From Squalus acanthias (taxonomy: Eukaryota): a DNA stretch of 64,000 nt. Each line of letters opens with the position of its first letter. Within the stretch, counting starts at the first letter, position 1. Shown piece after piece: positions 38,513 to 51,672 of this stretch. The notes under the pieces are model-generated. The model did not search any database and was not told the origin of the DNA. It was given only the letters and a program-made list of their open reading frames with translations. The position numbers and the translations under genes were made by a program. The stretch is taken from NCBI GenBank assembly GCA_030390025.1, contig CM059452.1, positions 8,804,001-8,868,000 on the forward strand, in the 5' to 3' direction.

Positions 38513-39799
38513 CAGCGACAGCTTTCAACTTTTCCAGAATGACACAGAAACGTCCGTTAACTACTTCCTTTCCAAAAGAATGTACTCGAATTATCAGAGT
38601 CGGAGCCTTATTCTGGTTTTGACGATAAAGCTCGAGATAATAGCTGTGTTCATAGGTTGAATAGTTACAATTAATGCTCATCGAGGTTCCTTCCAGATAT
38701 TGGGCTTTGCTTCGCCACTGCTCGGCGGAATCTCCAGACCTCAGTCCTGCAGAGAACATTCCAGGTTACCCATGGAAACAGATTGATAACAGATCACATG
38801 TTCCTCTTTCTTTGAGAATATATTTGTCTATCTCTCTGTGTGTACACAGAGAGACAAAGAGACAGAAAGAGAAAGTAACAGATTAATGGCTAGATATAGA
38901 TAGACAGGTGTATTAACAGATAGATAGACATAGAAACTGACAGACAGCGAGGCAGAGAGGCAGACAGACATGAGAGGGACAAACAGAAAAGCAGGCAGGC
39001 AGGCAGATAGACAGACAGACAAATGGCCAGAGAGCGAGAGAGAGAGACAGTCAGAGAGAGACACACACAAAAACAGACAGATACGTTAACAGATAGGTGG
39101 ATAGACCTCGAGCTCGATGAATTGAAGACAGTTGTGTAAATAGTGGAATGGACAGACAGACACAGATGTAGAAATAAATTAACCAACCAAATAACAACGC
39201 TGTTAGGCCCCAAATAACGAAAACCCCAAATTCCACAATGGCCGCAGTTTCCCCGCACTGGGATACCGCACTTCACCCGGTGCCTCCTCTCAGTTGCAGC
39301 TTTCGGACTGAAGAGGAGATTTGAAGTGTTTCTGTCAGCACACGGAGTCCCCGTCATTTCCTGAATCAAACCAAGAGCCTGGTTTCAATGATCTGCCGCT
39401 GATTATTGTCGCTGTCTGTGTCCATCATCACTGCCCGCGGCCCCGGCACACAGGCTCCGTGAGCTGTTCTGCTTTGTTCCGAACATCTGATCATCCGATC
39501 CCGGGAATGGGTGAGGATTCTGTCTGACCGTTAACGGCCTCACCCACAATGTCACGGACACATCCCAGAACTGCACGGAAGGAGGAAGAAATCCCTTCGA
39601 TTCAGGTTTATTCTTCAAAAGGATTCCCAATTTAACCGTGTTTTGAAGCCATTGCTCACGATTAATGAGGAATCTATTTTATGGTTTTCTTGTGCAGGAG
39701 AAAAGTTCCATTTGATAGAAATGAAAATCTGACACGACGTTGTCGCAACGTCACTAACTCAGAGTTTCCCATTAACCACAGTTTACTGTCGAACGTTTT

Positions 39800-41220
39800 T
39801 GTCTGTATCTCTCTGTGTGTTTATCTGTCTGTCTGTGTTTAACTGTCTGTGTCTGTGAGTGTGAATATGTGAGTCTATGTGTGTGTTTATCTGTCTGTGT
39901 TTTTGAGTATGAATTTGTGTGTCTGTGTGTGTTTATCTGTCTGTCTGTGTTTGTCTGTATGTGTTGATCTGTCTGTATGTCTGTGTTTATGTGTTTGTCT
40001 GTGCGTGTTTATATGTCTGTGTTTGTGAGTGAGAATGTATGTCTGTGTGTGGTTATCTGATTGTCTCTGTGAGTGTGTATGTGTGCGTCTGTGTGTGTTT
40101 TATCTGCCTGTTTTTGTGAGTGTAAATGTGTTTCTCTGTGTCTTTATCTGTCTGTCTGTCTGTGTTTATGTCTACGTTTTAGTCTCTGTGTGCTTATATG
40201 TCTGCGTTTGTGAGGGTGAATGTGCGTCTCTGTGTGTGTTTTTATCTGTCTGTGTGTGTTTATCTGTGCGTTTTTGTCTGTATGTTTATCAGTCTCTGTT
40301 TGTTTGTATCAATGTGTGTGTCGGCGTTTATCTGTCTCTGCGTTTATCTGTGCATGTTTTTCTGTGTAGTTTATTTGTCTGAGTTTGTGTCGGTATGTGT
40401 GTGTCTCTGTGTTTGTGTGTCCTAGGTGAGGCTTGTAGGAACACAAGAGGGCGCTGTCTGATCACTTCTTCAACATCTTTCGTCTCAAACAACTGAGCTG
40501 CATGTCCATATACAAGATGCACTGCAGCAATTCGCCTAGGCTTCTTCGGCAGCACCTCTCAAACTCGCGACCTCTACCACCTAGAAGGACAAGGGCAGCA
40601 GGCGCATGGGAACACCACCACCTCCAAGTTCCCCTCCAAGTCACACACCATCCTGACTTGGAAGTATATCGCCGATCCTTCACCGTCACTGGGTCAAAAT
40701 CCTGGAACTCCCTCCCTAACAGCACTGTGGGAGAACCTTCATCACACGGACTGCAGCGGTTCAAGAAGGTGGCTCACCACCACCTTCAGTAGGGCAATTA
40801 GGGATAGGCAATAAACGCTGGCCTTGCCAGTGACGCCCACATCCCATGAACGAATAAGTAAATACATAAATAATTCTCCTCCACAACACATGAACCAGTT
40901 TTGTTTATCTGGGTTTATATTGCCTGTGTCTGTCTGTGTCTGTGTCTTTCTGTCTGTCTGTGTGTGTCTACAGATGTGTGTGTGTGTCTCTGTATGCGTG
41001 TCTGTGTGTCTGTGTGCATGCGTATCTGTGTGTGTATGAGTGTCTGCGTGTCTGTGTCTCTGTGTGTGTGGGTATGTGGGTTTCGGTGTAAGTGTGTCTG
41101 TGTATGTGTGTCTGTGTTGTGTGTGTGTGGGTATGTGGGTGTTGGTGTAACTGTGTCTGTGTATGTGTGTATGAGTGTCTATTTCTGTGTATGGGTGTCT
41201 GTCTGCGTGTGTTTGTCTGT
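39800..41220. repeat. GT/TGTC-rich low-complexity tracts surrounding a LINE 3' end (40500-40860, +)
   Basis: Degenerate (TG)n/(TGTC)n; the LINE tail matches 52390-52740 in reverse. Confidence 0.85.
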
Positions 41221-41455
41221 GCTTCCAATGCACTATGTCATGATTGTACTGTCCACAAGAGGGTGTTCTCTGATCACATGCTAAAGATAATGATCCGCAT
41301 CTGCAGGAACTAACTGTTTGGAGCGATACAAGTGGGCGGGGAGAAGAAATCCAAAGTGATCTGATGACATCTCCGCGCTGTTTTAGTTTCTCCCATTCCA
41401 AGCCCGGTATAGGCAATGATCACAATCTCTTGTTTCTGGAGTTCAGACTGGAACC

Positions 41456-41926
41456 ATGGAGGTGAAACTCTGCCTGACTCTGGTTATTGTCCTGATCACA
41501 GGTCGGTGATATTGGAACCATCCTATAACATTCTCCAATCCCCATCTTCATCTCTGGGTTATTGTTCTCTTTCTGTTACTCTGTATAACCCGTTGTGTGT
41601 CCGCTGTTTATTTTCAGAGATGAGTAACAGAGACTCGGTGTCCCAGTCAGAACAAGGAGTCGGATCAGAAGAGGGTGCAGATTCAACAATAACCTGCAGT
41701 TACTCTGTATCGGGTTCAGCTACAAGCTATAACCTGTTCTGGTATCGCCAGTATCCCAGCAAGCCCCTCAGTATCTGCTCAGAGACGATAGTTACGGGAA
41801 TAACGAGACGGCTGCGCATTTTGAACACTTCAGCGGAAATCTCAACCGGACACAAGGCATTTTTCACTTATCCATCAAAGGCTTGAAGATCACAGACAGC
41901 GCCGTGTATTACTGTGCCCTGAGATC
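41456..41926 (+). pseudogene. TRAV/DV: TCR V pseudogene (1-nt deletion at ~41765; RSS spacer 21 bp)
   Basis: Leader MEVKLCLTLVIVLIT-G (41456-41501). Exon from 41618 has ITCSY and LFWYRQ; DSAVYYCALR is in a shifted frame. RSS is CACAGTG (41927) - 21 - ACAAAAACA. Confidence 0.9.
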
Positions 41927-42788
41927 CACAGTGAATAAGGGTCCCTCGGTCCTCACAAAAACAGGGCACAGTTCAGCATCAATTGCGAGCTCCAGGAAAA
42001 TACCAGGGATTAATTCCCAATTAGTTTCTGCAAAATGTAAATGGGAAAATAAAGCCTGATCCGAGCGGTTTTTACTAGTCAAGGTCAGTGCTGTCAAAGT
42101 TGGTAAATGTGACTATTCTCAACCATTTTAATCCAGGGTCAAATTCAGACCCCAGTGTTAGTACAAACCTGCAGATCTCTGGGATGAATAACAGGATCGA
42201 TCTCTACAAGTAAAAGTCCTGGATATGATGCAGATCCGCCAGGTCACTTTTTTAAAAGATACCTCACTGGTGCAGAGGGCGGTCCACTTGCCATATCGCT
42301 CGTGGTCTTAAGACTATGACTAGCAATGGAGTTTATTGACTGTGGAGGAAGCTCAGTGATGCCGGGGATTGAGACTGATTTATATTATTTTTCGCCTTTA
42401 ACCTTGCTGAGACAGAGAGGAAGAGAGAGTGAGAAAGACACCGAGTTAAGCAGAGTGAGTGACAACGAGACAGAGGGAGAGAGAGAGAGACAGAGACAGA
42501 GAGAGAGGCTGACAGAGAGAGAGAGAGAGAGAGAGAGAGACTCACTCACAGAGCTAGGTAAGGAAAGGGTTTGTAGACATCAGTAATTGGTCCACCACTA
42601 AAACTGATTGGTGCACAGCTGGTGGCAGTTCTGAGAGACCAGCCAATCCTATCCCTGGGACACGGTCCCTCATTGTCCCAATAAGTGAAGTCTGCCCCTG
42701 ATTTGACTTTACACTTTAATATAAGAACAGAAGGACTAACATATTTAAAGCGATCTACTATTTTCTGTCGAACTCCAATCCAAACACC

Positions 42789-43211
42789 ATATGCTCCCCG
42801 TGTTCTTTACTCATAATAATGGTCGTGCTGCCCGGTGAGTCCATGTTTAAAGGGTCAGTGTGTGTTCCATAGGTTATATTTACTGCCAAACTTTTGACAC
42901 ATTCTGTATTTTGTTACAGGTAGGAGTGGCGAAGACTCAGTGTCGCAGAATCCATCTGAATTAACGATTCAGGAAGGACAGACCATAACACTGAACTGCA
43001 GTTACTCCACATCCGATAACTTTCCCTATCTCTTCTGGTACATCCAGTACCCCGGGGGAGCTCCGAGATATTTACTGAAGAGATACGGCAAGGGGCAGGG
43101 GAATAAGTCTCCAGATTTCCCAGACCAGTTCTCTGCTGATTTGGACCAAGACAAAAAAACGGTTCCTTTAAATGTCTCTGACTCTGCCGTGTATCACTGT
43201 GCGCTGCACTC
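42789..43211 (+). pseudogene. TRAV/DV: TCR V, probable pseudogene (leader ATG>ATA, in-frame FR3 deletion)
   Basis: Exon from 42920 has LNCSY, LFWYIQ and LNVSDSAVYHCAL. RSS is CACACTG (43212) - 23 - ACAAAAAAC. Paralog of 50552-50987. Confidence 0.85.
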
Positions 43212-43599
43212 CACACTGTTACAGGGGCGCAGTCAGTCCTTACAAAAAACAGCAAGGGACTCCGATCCCCTCTCAATGAATCAGATTTGGGACCTGGATT
43301 GTGATCTGATAATAGAACGGGAACCAAACTATAAAGACCAGTTTTGCCGAATGGCCTGTTTCTGTGCTGCAGACTCTATGTCATTATACGTAATATCGCC
43401 CTTTATATCGGCAGCGAATAGTTCTCATGCTCAGTGAGCAACTCTTTTAATTGGACGCTCTCGCACTGAACAATATGAACTATTTCCCTTCCCTGCCCAC
43501 ACCTCAGAGACTGACCTGTTAATGGGCCAACATTGGGTTTAATTCCCGTCTAATTCTCTGTTATGAGGAGAACAATTTCACCTTATTCTCCGCTCCCCG

Positions 43600-43755
43600 C
43601 TCTGACGTCATGAACTGGCGAATAAAGGACCTTTGAGCTGATTGGATGAATTGGAGAACAAAGGACACCTGAGCTGATTGGTTGATTTGGAGAACAAAGC
43701 ACAGGTGAGATGATTGGATGTCACCTGTTGTCTCGAACAGGAATGATCCAATCGG
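43600..43755 (+). promoter_or_regulatory. V promoter with full CRE (TGACGTCA, 43603) and repeated ATTGG (CCAAT) units
   Basis: Motifs visible upstream of the leader at 43856; CRE-containing promoters are established for TCR V genes. Confidence 0.65.
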
Positions 43756-43855
43756 CATAGAGACCGGATATTACTCGACATTTTCTCAACTCTTGACTAA
43801 AACAATTACAGGTTCAATCCGTTCTGTTCAAATCCCGTTTCAACTCTCTGCAAAC

Positions 43856-44370
43856 ATGTTGTTTCTTTCAGTTTATTCATTCGTCTCAGTTGCAGCTTTC
43901 TTAACGGGTAAGTTTACAAGTTACACAATCTTCCTCTTGCAAGTGTCACTAACACAGAGAATCTTCTAACTGTGTTTCTCTATACTTGCCATGTATTCCG
44001 TCACCTTTTGTTATATTAGTTATAATAAAATGACAGTAAGAGCTTACAGTTCTGTATTTCTAAATTTCTGCAGGTGTCAGTGGTGCAGACTCGGTCTCAC
44101 AGGGGCCGGGTAGAGCGATGCAGTTTGAAGGAGACTCGGTGACCATCAATTACAATTATTCGACCACTATTCCTTACAACTATACCGTCAGAACCGGGAC
44201 AAAGGCCCCACATTCTTGATCTACATCCCATCTGCTGGGGATATTTCCAAAGCAGAGGGTGTGGGGGCTCGATTTTCCGCATCTCTCGACACTTCGAAAA
44301 GTGAGGGGAATTTCACCATCGGCGGCCTGCGGCTGTCTGACCTCGCGGTGTATCACTGCGGGCTGAGAGA
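43856..44370 (+). pseudogene. TRAV/DV: TCR V pseudogene (frameshifts; first Cys and Trp lost)
   Basis: Leader MLFLSVYSFVSVAAFLT-G (43856-43907). Exon from 44074 ends ...LSDLAVYHCGLR. RSS is CACAGTG (44371) - 23 - GCAAACACA. Confidence 0.88.
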
Positions 44371-45901
44371 CACAGTGACAGGAACCAGAGGGAGCCTCGT
44401 GCAAACACACTGCCGGAACATGACAAGGTCACGGGAGAGCGGGCAGTGTGGAGAGAAACGGGGACTTTCTAAACTTGTGACCAGAAGGCGCTGATTTAAA
44501 ATACCCCAAATAAACAGCAAACCGAGAGCAACAGATAGGCATCGGGGAAACTTTCCTCTGGTGCTTCTGGGTTGAATGCAACCTGAACATAGTGAAAAGA
44601 TGTGTTTAGAGAATTTATACCAGTTCATAAATTAAAGATATTGCGTCAGAAATACTGCCCAAACAATTTGACGTTGTGTTCCAGCCGTTCAACGAGCTGT
44701 ACACACCAGGCAAACCCAGCGGCAGGTCTATAACACCGAGGAAACGCGCTGATTGTGTGCAGGAAGTAGGATCAAAAGCTTTGTATTTACATAAAGCTTA
44801 TCCAGTGTGTTCAGATTCCCCAAAGCGCTTCTGGTGTGGGGTCAAGTAATCATTGAGTTACACAATTAGACTGATTTGTATGTGAATAAACCACCTATCA
44901 TGGTTATTTGGATACATTTAAATTTTTAAACTTGTTTTATTAGTGTTACTAGCATCACCTTTTCTATCAAGCACAAATTATTTCTTTTTTAAGCTCTAAT
45001 TACCAGGATACGGCGAAATTCACCTTTTTTTTAATCAGGTGTTTTTTGAGAAGAGTCGGTACCGGAGCACCACGTGCAATGTTTGTGTCACCCACCAGGG
45101 GGCGGCAGGACCGCAGTCTTTCCCTTCAGTGAAGTCCCAGCCCTCCAAGAGGGCAGCGCCTTTGTTTGCTGCATCAAATCATTGAAGTTAGTCAACTGAA
45201 TATGGCCAACCAGTTGGCTGCCGGGACTTCCTGCAATGGAAAATAAGTATTGTGAAAGTCAAATTCCTGGTGCGAAGATCTGGAACACAGAGGACACGTC
45301 AATTCACCAAATTGGCACAATATTTGTTTAAAAAGCAAGATGATTACAGAAAGAATGTTATATAACTTTATTGAACCACCACTGACGGTGAAGGAAGGGG
45401 AGCGGATAAAATGATCAGTTTGAGGCGTTGTCACGTGTTGAATTGGCTCATAAACGTTTTGTTAATTCATTCTCCGGATGTGGGCGTCTCTGGCAAGGCT
45501 GGCATTTACTTTTCGTCTCAAGTTGCCCTTTTACAAGCGACTGTCTTCCTGGACCACTTCACAAAGCAGTTAAGAGTCAGTCACATCGGTATGGGACTGG
45601 AGTCACCATCTTGGACAACTGGGGAGCGACAATAATCGCCAGCGATACCTGCAGCCCGAGAATAAATTAACATTCCACTACAGTTTATCCAACCACACTG
45701 GGTCTCTCTCTCATATGTCTATCATCTCAAGGACTGTTAACGGACGGTCACGATTGGTTTAACCTGGAGCACGTGAGTTGTCATTGAAGAATATTGTCGC
45801 GAGCTGCTCAGTGCAAAGACTGGATCAGCTTCCCAGCAAAGTAGAGAGTATTGGAAATCAGCTCGACCCGGAGAGGCCCACAGTGGCGGGGATTGTCGGA
45901 G

Positions 45902-46371
45902 ATGATGCATTTCAAATTCACCCTTTTGAGTACCCTCACCTGCTCAGCATTTGGTCAGTCTTTAAAGGATGTTGTAGTACAAAGCTACGTTAAACAAAGT
46001 TTCATATTAAAGCCACAATTAACCTCCAATCAATACTTTCAGTCTTATCAACAGCTATGAGTCAGGGAGATTCTGTGTCTCAGGATTGGTCGGCTGTAGT
46101 CCTGAAAATGGGACAGACTTTCAGAACGCAATGTAGCTATTCGACAACAGCAGGCTGGTACGACCTGTACTGGTACCGAAAGTATCCAGATACACCCCCG
46201 GAGATGATCGCGTGGAGCAGTTCCAGCAACAGTCGGGGAAAAGCAAAAAATATTGGGAGTCGCTTCACTTCTGAATTAAAGACATGCTCAGAATTGTCTA
46301 TTTTAACCGTCACTGATCTCTAGCTTAGTGACACGGCGCTGTACATCTGTGGATTCGCCCCATCGCTCCGA
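45902..46371 (+). pseudogene. TRAV/DV: TCR V pseudogene (single in-frame TAG at 46321)
   Basis: Leader MMHFKFTLLSTLTCSAF-G (45902-45953). Exon from 46055 has TQCSY, LYWYRK and DL*LSDTALYIC. RSS is CACAGAG (46372) - 23 - ACAAAAACT. Confidence 0.9.
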
Positions 46372-47081
46372 CACAGAGATATGACCTAGTTCTCCTCTTG
46401 TACAAAAACTGCCTGCGGTCTGTTTTGGCGGAGGATGAGTTTCAGTGCGGTCAGATAAAGCTGCAGCATCGACTGCAATTCCTGTGGGCTGAATCATTGA
46501 ATCATACAGCACAGAAGGAGGCCATTCGGCCATGGTACCTGTGTGGACTCTTTGAAAGAGCTATCCAATTAGTCCAGTTCCCCGATTTTTCCCCGTAGCC
46601 CTGCACATTTTTGCTTTTCAAGTATATATCCAATTCTCTTTTGAAAGTTATGATTGAATCTGCTTCCACCACCCTCCCAGGCAGTGCGTTACAGATCATA
46701 ACGACTGAGTGCCTGAACAAATTTCTCCTCCTCACCCTTCTGGGTTTTTTTTGAAAATTATTTTAAATCTGTGCCTTTTGGTTACCGTCCCTCGTGTCAG
46801 TGGAAACAATTTCTCCCTATATAGTCTATCAAAACTCCTCATAATTTTGAACACTTCTATTAAAACTCCTCACTGCCTCCTCCGCTCCTGGAAACAGTTG
46901 GGTGACAGTTTGATCCGAGGTTAATTTGGTTTCCTCTCGGTGTGTGTTTGAGCGCCTGACAGCGCGCTGCACATTGTGGCTGCATCTGCCCGCGATTCCA
47001 CACAACCCCAACAGACAGGAGCTCCGCCCTACAGTCCAATGGCAGTTTTTGTACAGGGTGAGACTGCTTTCCATCACTGTG

Positions 47082-47539
47082 AGTCCCAGAGAGCGCAGTA
47101 ATACACGGCAGCGTCAGTCAGCTGCAGCCCGGAGATGGTTAAACTGGTGAGTTTAGTCGCGGTCTGGAGCTCAGCAGAGAAACGGATTCCGAAACCTTCT
47201 CCTCTCAGTTCATGTGCGTCCCAAGACCGTCTCCTGATTACAAACTGGGGCTCCTTCTCTGGTTGGTGCCGGTACCAATATAAATAATAGCTGCTGGCTG
47301 TGGTACTGTCGGTACATCTTATAGTCAGCGCTTCAGCCTTCTTTCCTGCTGACTGAAGTCTGGGACTGAGTAACAGAATCTCCATCACTCTGATCTGTAA
47401 CATGTGTTCAGGAACAAGATAAGACCGAGCATTAAAAGCTGAAATAATATTAACACTTTGGTTTGAAAACGAATTGATTCGATTCATCCTTACCGACAAT
47501 AAACACCATAAACACAACCCAGGCGCTGAATAGCCGCAT
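47082..47539 (-). pseudogene. TRAV/DV: TCR V pseudogene (+1 frameshift in FR1 at ~47336)
   Basis: Leader MRLFSAWVVFMVFIV-G (47539-47494). Exon from 47394 reads SVTQSQTSVSRKEG*, then LTIRC...LYWYRH...DAAVYYCALWD in a shifted frame. RSS is CACAGTG - 22 - ACAAAAACT. Confidence 0.9.
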
Positions 47540-48587
47540 GGCCGCTGACGAGCCCGAACCTGTCGGTCCGGTTAAAAGTCCAAACCCGAACCGGAATAGA
47601 TCTCGTCAGAGGCTTCTATTGGTTCACCGTCACTTCCTGGTCTCATTGTTTCCCTCCAATTCCGCAATCTCCAATCCACCCGCCGATATAATCAGTTGAG
47701 ATTCAAATGAGGACCATGGGTCACCTGAAGGCCTTTGAGCCACAGCTTAAACTATCTGAGGTTGGAGTTAGTCTCTCAGTGAGCTGAATCTGTGGTGTGA
47801 AGAAAGCTTCAGCTTTGCTGACGTTTAGGGATTTATTTACTGGGCCCGAATCGGTCACACTGAGTGTTTGTTTAATTTCTGTCGGTGTGTGACGGCTCAC
47901 CGAGAGCATTAGCTTCATTCTCCTGTTTCATTTGTGTTCACACTGAACTATCCACTCTGGGTGGTAGATTTCCACTGCTCGCTATTTCTACCCAAACAGT
48001 TAACGCATTTACGATTTCGTTAAAGCAGCTATCCGAGGAGATTTCCACTGAGAGACCAGAGAAAATCTTCCGCTTGTGTGCCTCCAGGAGAAGGTTATTC
48101 AAACCCGACCCCCCGACCGCGCCACCCGCCCCCGTCAACCACCTCGGTCTGATTAGTGACAGTAAGTGAAATAAACTGAACATCTTCATCTACATTCAAA
48201 CCGATATTTGTCACCGAGATAATAACTTACCGCCAGTCCGCTGACCATCTATTTGCCAGTCATCAGCCTTGTTACCTCTATAAAGGCCTCTCACTCATCT
48301 GCCTGAATTTTGTACATACACATTACATATTTATTATTAACCAAGATAAATATGTATTAAAATAGACAGTTTAAGCTCCAATCTACAAGTACTAGCTGTC
48401 AGCTGTGGCTCAGTTGGGTTTATCTAGTTTCCCCCAAATAGTGTTCAGTGTTGCGTCAAGGATGTTCCAGATGGTTTTCTTCACTTCGTATCAACCTATT
48501 GATATTCTTGTGTTCAGGCAACTGACCGATTAAATATAATGTATGATCCAGATGTGAAATACAGTATTGTGTAACTTGTAAACTTAC

Positions 48588-48930
48588 CAGTTAAGAAAGC
48601 TGCAGCTGTGACGAATGAATACAAAGTAACAGCCAACATGTTTGCAGGGAGTTGCTGGCGGATTTGAACAAAACGGGTTGAACCTGAAATTGCTTTCGTC
48701 AAGTGCTGGAAAGATGCTGAGTAATATCCGGCCTCTCGGCCGATTGGTTTATTCCTGACAGAGGCAGCAGATGGCATCAAATCAGCTCACAGCTCCTTTG
48801 TTCTCCAATTCATCCAATCAGCTCACAGCTCCTTTATTCTCCAATTGATCGAATCAGCTCACAGCTCCTTTGTTCTCCAGTTCATCCAATCAGCTCACAG
48901 CTCCTTTGTTCTCCAATTCATGACGTCAGA
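48588..48930 (-). other. Orphan V promoter (CRE at 48921, ~36-bp CCAAT repeats) and intact leader exon (48639-48588) with no V exon of its own
   Basis: Inverted paralog of 43600-43907; leader MLAVTLYSFVTAAAFLT-G|GTAAGT. Confidence 0.8.
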
Positions 48931-50551
48931 GCGGGCAGCGGGGAACGGAGTGAAATTGTTCTCCTCGCAACAGAGAACTGGACCGGAATTAAACCCAATG
49001 TTGGCCCATTAACAGGGTCAATCTGGGAGGTGGACGCAGTGAAGTGTAATAGTTAATGATGTTCTGTTATCAGTACCGGAGGCTCCCGTTAAAAGAGCTG
49101 CTCACTGACCATTAGAACCACCCACAGTTATAAAGGCGGATGTAGAGGTCCCGGGAGGATTTAAACACAGCGATGCGGTAAATGAGACAGACGCCGCCTT
49201 TGACATGAATGAAATGGGGAGTGACTGACAGGTTTGAATAGGAGGGTACGAACAGCCAATGGACTCAGTGATACTGGGAAGAGCTGCTTATTAAAAAATA
49301 TATGCAGCATATTTTCATTAATAATATTTTAATACTTCATAATAATATTGAAAATAAAGCACAGCTTCCGTTTGAAATTAATACTTCTATTTCTGGAACT
49401 ATTTCTTTACTCCGTTTCTTCAATAAAGTCATTGAATAATGTTCTCAGTTTGTAACTCGTCCCATACGCTGAAACCAACAGTGAACACTTACGGGAACGG
49501 TAGCATAGTGGTTCTGTTACTGGACTAATAATCCTGGATTAATAATCTGCAGACGTGAGTTCAAATCCCGACAGCAGGGGAATTTAAATTCAGTTAATTA
49601 AATAAATGTAGTATCAGTAATGGTAATCATAAAACTACTGGATTATCGTAAAAACCCATCTGGTTCACTAATGTCCTTTAGGGAAGGGAAATCTGCTGTC
49701 TGACCTGTAAGTGACTCCAAGCCCACATCCAATGAACGAATAAAAAACACATTTAGTTGCCACTGCCCTCTGATGGCAACTAAATGTCCGATTCCAAGTC
49801 CTGCCTTCGTACAGTTCACAAGATTATAGGATAATTCCGCATGGGAGAAGGAATTCTACCACTACTTAGTTTATCCATCCAGCAAGATCCTAACACCACA
49901 GCCCCTTCTCCTTCCCCGTTGTAATATCCATTATTCCCAGGTGTATCGCTCGTTGTTCCATCTAGAAGCTGATTCCACGCATTTATCGCTCTGTGTCTGA
50001 AGAATTTCCTGATATCAGGCCTAAAATGACCTTTCATATTTTGAGCCCGTGACCCCAAGTTCTAATTCCGAAGGTTAAGTTAAATTATATTCCGAGGTAA
50101 CTGTTTTAGCCTCTTCACAATCTGATTTTCCTCTTGTCTTCACTGTAGTCGGTAACTCGGGTTGATTGAAGCGCCAGTTTCCAACTATCTCAACATTCAG
50201 CTCCCAAACTGACGAGAACAACCCCGTCACTGAGCAGTGAAACAGACCGCGTTTGACACTCGCAGAACCTGCTGGCGGAATCCACACGGGCTGGGTTTTG
50301 TCTGCATGGGCTGGATAATTTCAGACAAAGGATCATTGAGAGAGAAAGTGAGGATAGGGAGACTCTAGTTATCTCTCTGTCTGTCTATCTACTTAGATAT
50401 CCATCCAGCTATATATATTGATCTATCTTTTTATTTTTATAGTTTGGTTCTGTTGTATTATCATAATCCAAGTCCCAGATCTGATTCAGTGAGAGGAGGT
50501 GAAAGTCCTTCGCTGGTTTTGAACGGACTGACTGCGCCCTGTAACAGTGGG

Positions 50552-50987
50552 GTTCAGCGCACAGAAATACACGGTAGAGACAGAGACAAGCGCCCCGGAG
50601 ACATTTAAAGGAATCGTATTCTTGTCTTGGTCCAAGTCAGCAGAGAACCGGTCTGGGAAATCTGAGACTTGTCTCCCGACACCGAGCTATATCGCTTCAG
50701 TAAATATCTAGGAGCTTCCCCGGGATACTGGATGTTCCAGAAGAGAGTTGAACCAGTGTACTCTGCCGAATAACGACAGTTCAGTATTATGGTCTGTCCT
50801 TCCTGAGCCATTAATTCAGGCGGATCCTGGGACACTGAGTCTTTGCCACGCGTTCCTGCAAAAAAAATACAGAATGTGTGATAAGTTTGGGAATAAATAA
50901 AAGCCATGGAACACACACTGGCCCTTTAAACATGTACTCACCGGACAGCACGACAATTATTATCAGTAAAGAACATGGGGAGCACAT
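50552..50987 (-). pseudogene. TRAV/DV: TCR V pseudogene (1-nt deletion at ~50665, decayed RSS)
   Basis: Leader MCSPCSLLIIIVVLS-G (50987-50942). Exon from 50855 has LNCRY and LFWNIQ; STVYFCALN is in a shifted frame. Confidence 0.88.
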
Positions 50988-51672
50988 GTTGTCTGGTTTA
51001 GAATTCGACAGAAAATAGCAGCTCGCGTTAAATATGTTGACATTCTAGCCTGATATTAACGAGTAAACACAGATCAGGGGCAAGATTCACTGATTAGGGA
51101 ACTGAGGGGCGTTTCCCAGGGACAGGATTGGCTGGTCTCTCAGAACTGATACCAGCTGTGCACCAATCAGTGTTAGTTGTGGACCAATTACTGATGTCTC
51201 CCTACAAACTCTTTCCATGCCTAGCTATGTGAGTGAGTCTCCCTCTCGCTGTCCCTCTCTCTCTCCCTCTCTGTCGGTCTCTCTCTCTGTGTCTCTATCA
51301 CTTTGTCCCTCTCTCTCTCTCTGTCCCTCTCTCTCTGTCGCTCTCGCTCTCCCTTTTTGTGTCTCTATCACTTTATCTCTCTATCTGTCTTTCTGTCTCT
51401 GTGTGTGTGTGTGTCTCTCTCTCCATCTATCTCTCTCTCTGTTATCTGTTTTCATTCTGCTTCCATGGGTAACCAGGAATGTTTTCTGCAGGACTGTGTT
51501 CTGGAGACTCCGTCGAGCAGTGGCCAATCGAAGCCCAATCTCTGGAAGAAACCTCAATGAGCGTTAATTGTAATTATTCAACATCCCTAGCAAGCTATTA
51601 CCTGGAGCTTTACCCTCAGAGCCAGAACAAGGCTCCCACTTTCGTAATTCAGACACATTCCTTTGGAAATGG

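Larger units (their letters stand above)
32587..38746 (-). pseudogene. TRAV/DV: TCR V pseudogene split by a LINE (5' part 38746-~38513, 3' part ~32646-32587); likely ATG-less leader at ~39240-39188
   Basis: 5' part INCNYST...YLELYRQ; 3' part LTEL*LADSAVYYCVLR. RSS is CGCAGTG (32586-32580) - 23 - ACAGAAACC. Confidence 0.88.

Noticed and set aside
39800-41313. Cys/Val- and Thr/His-rich ORFs
   Set aside because: Translations of (TG)n-type low-complexity DNA.
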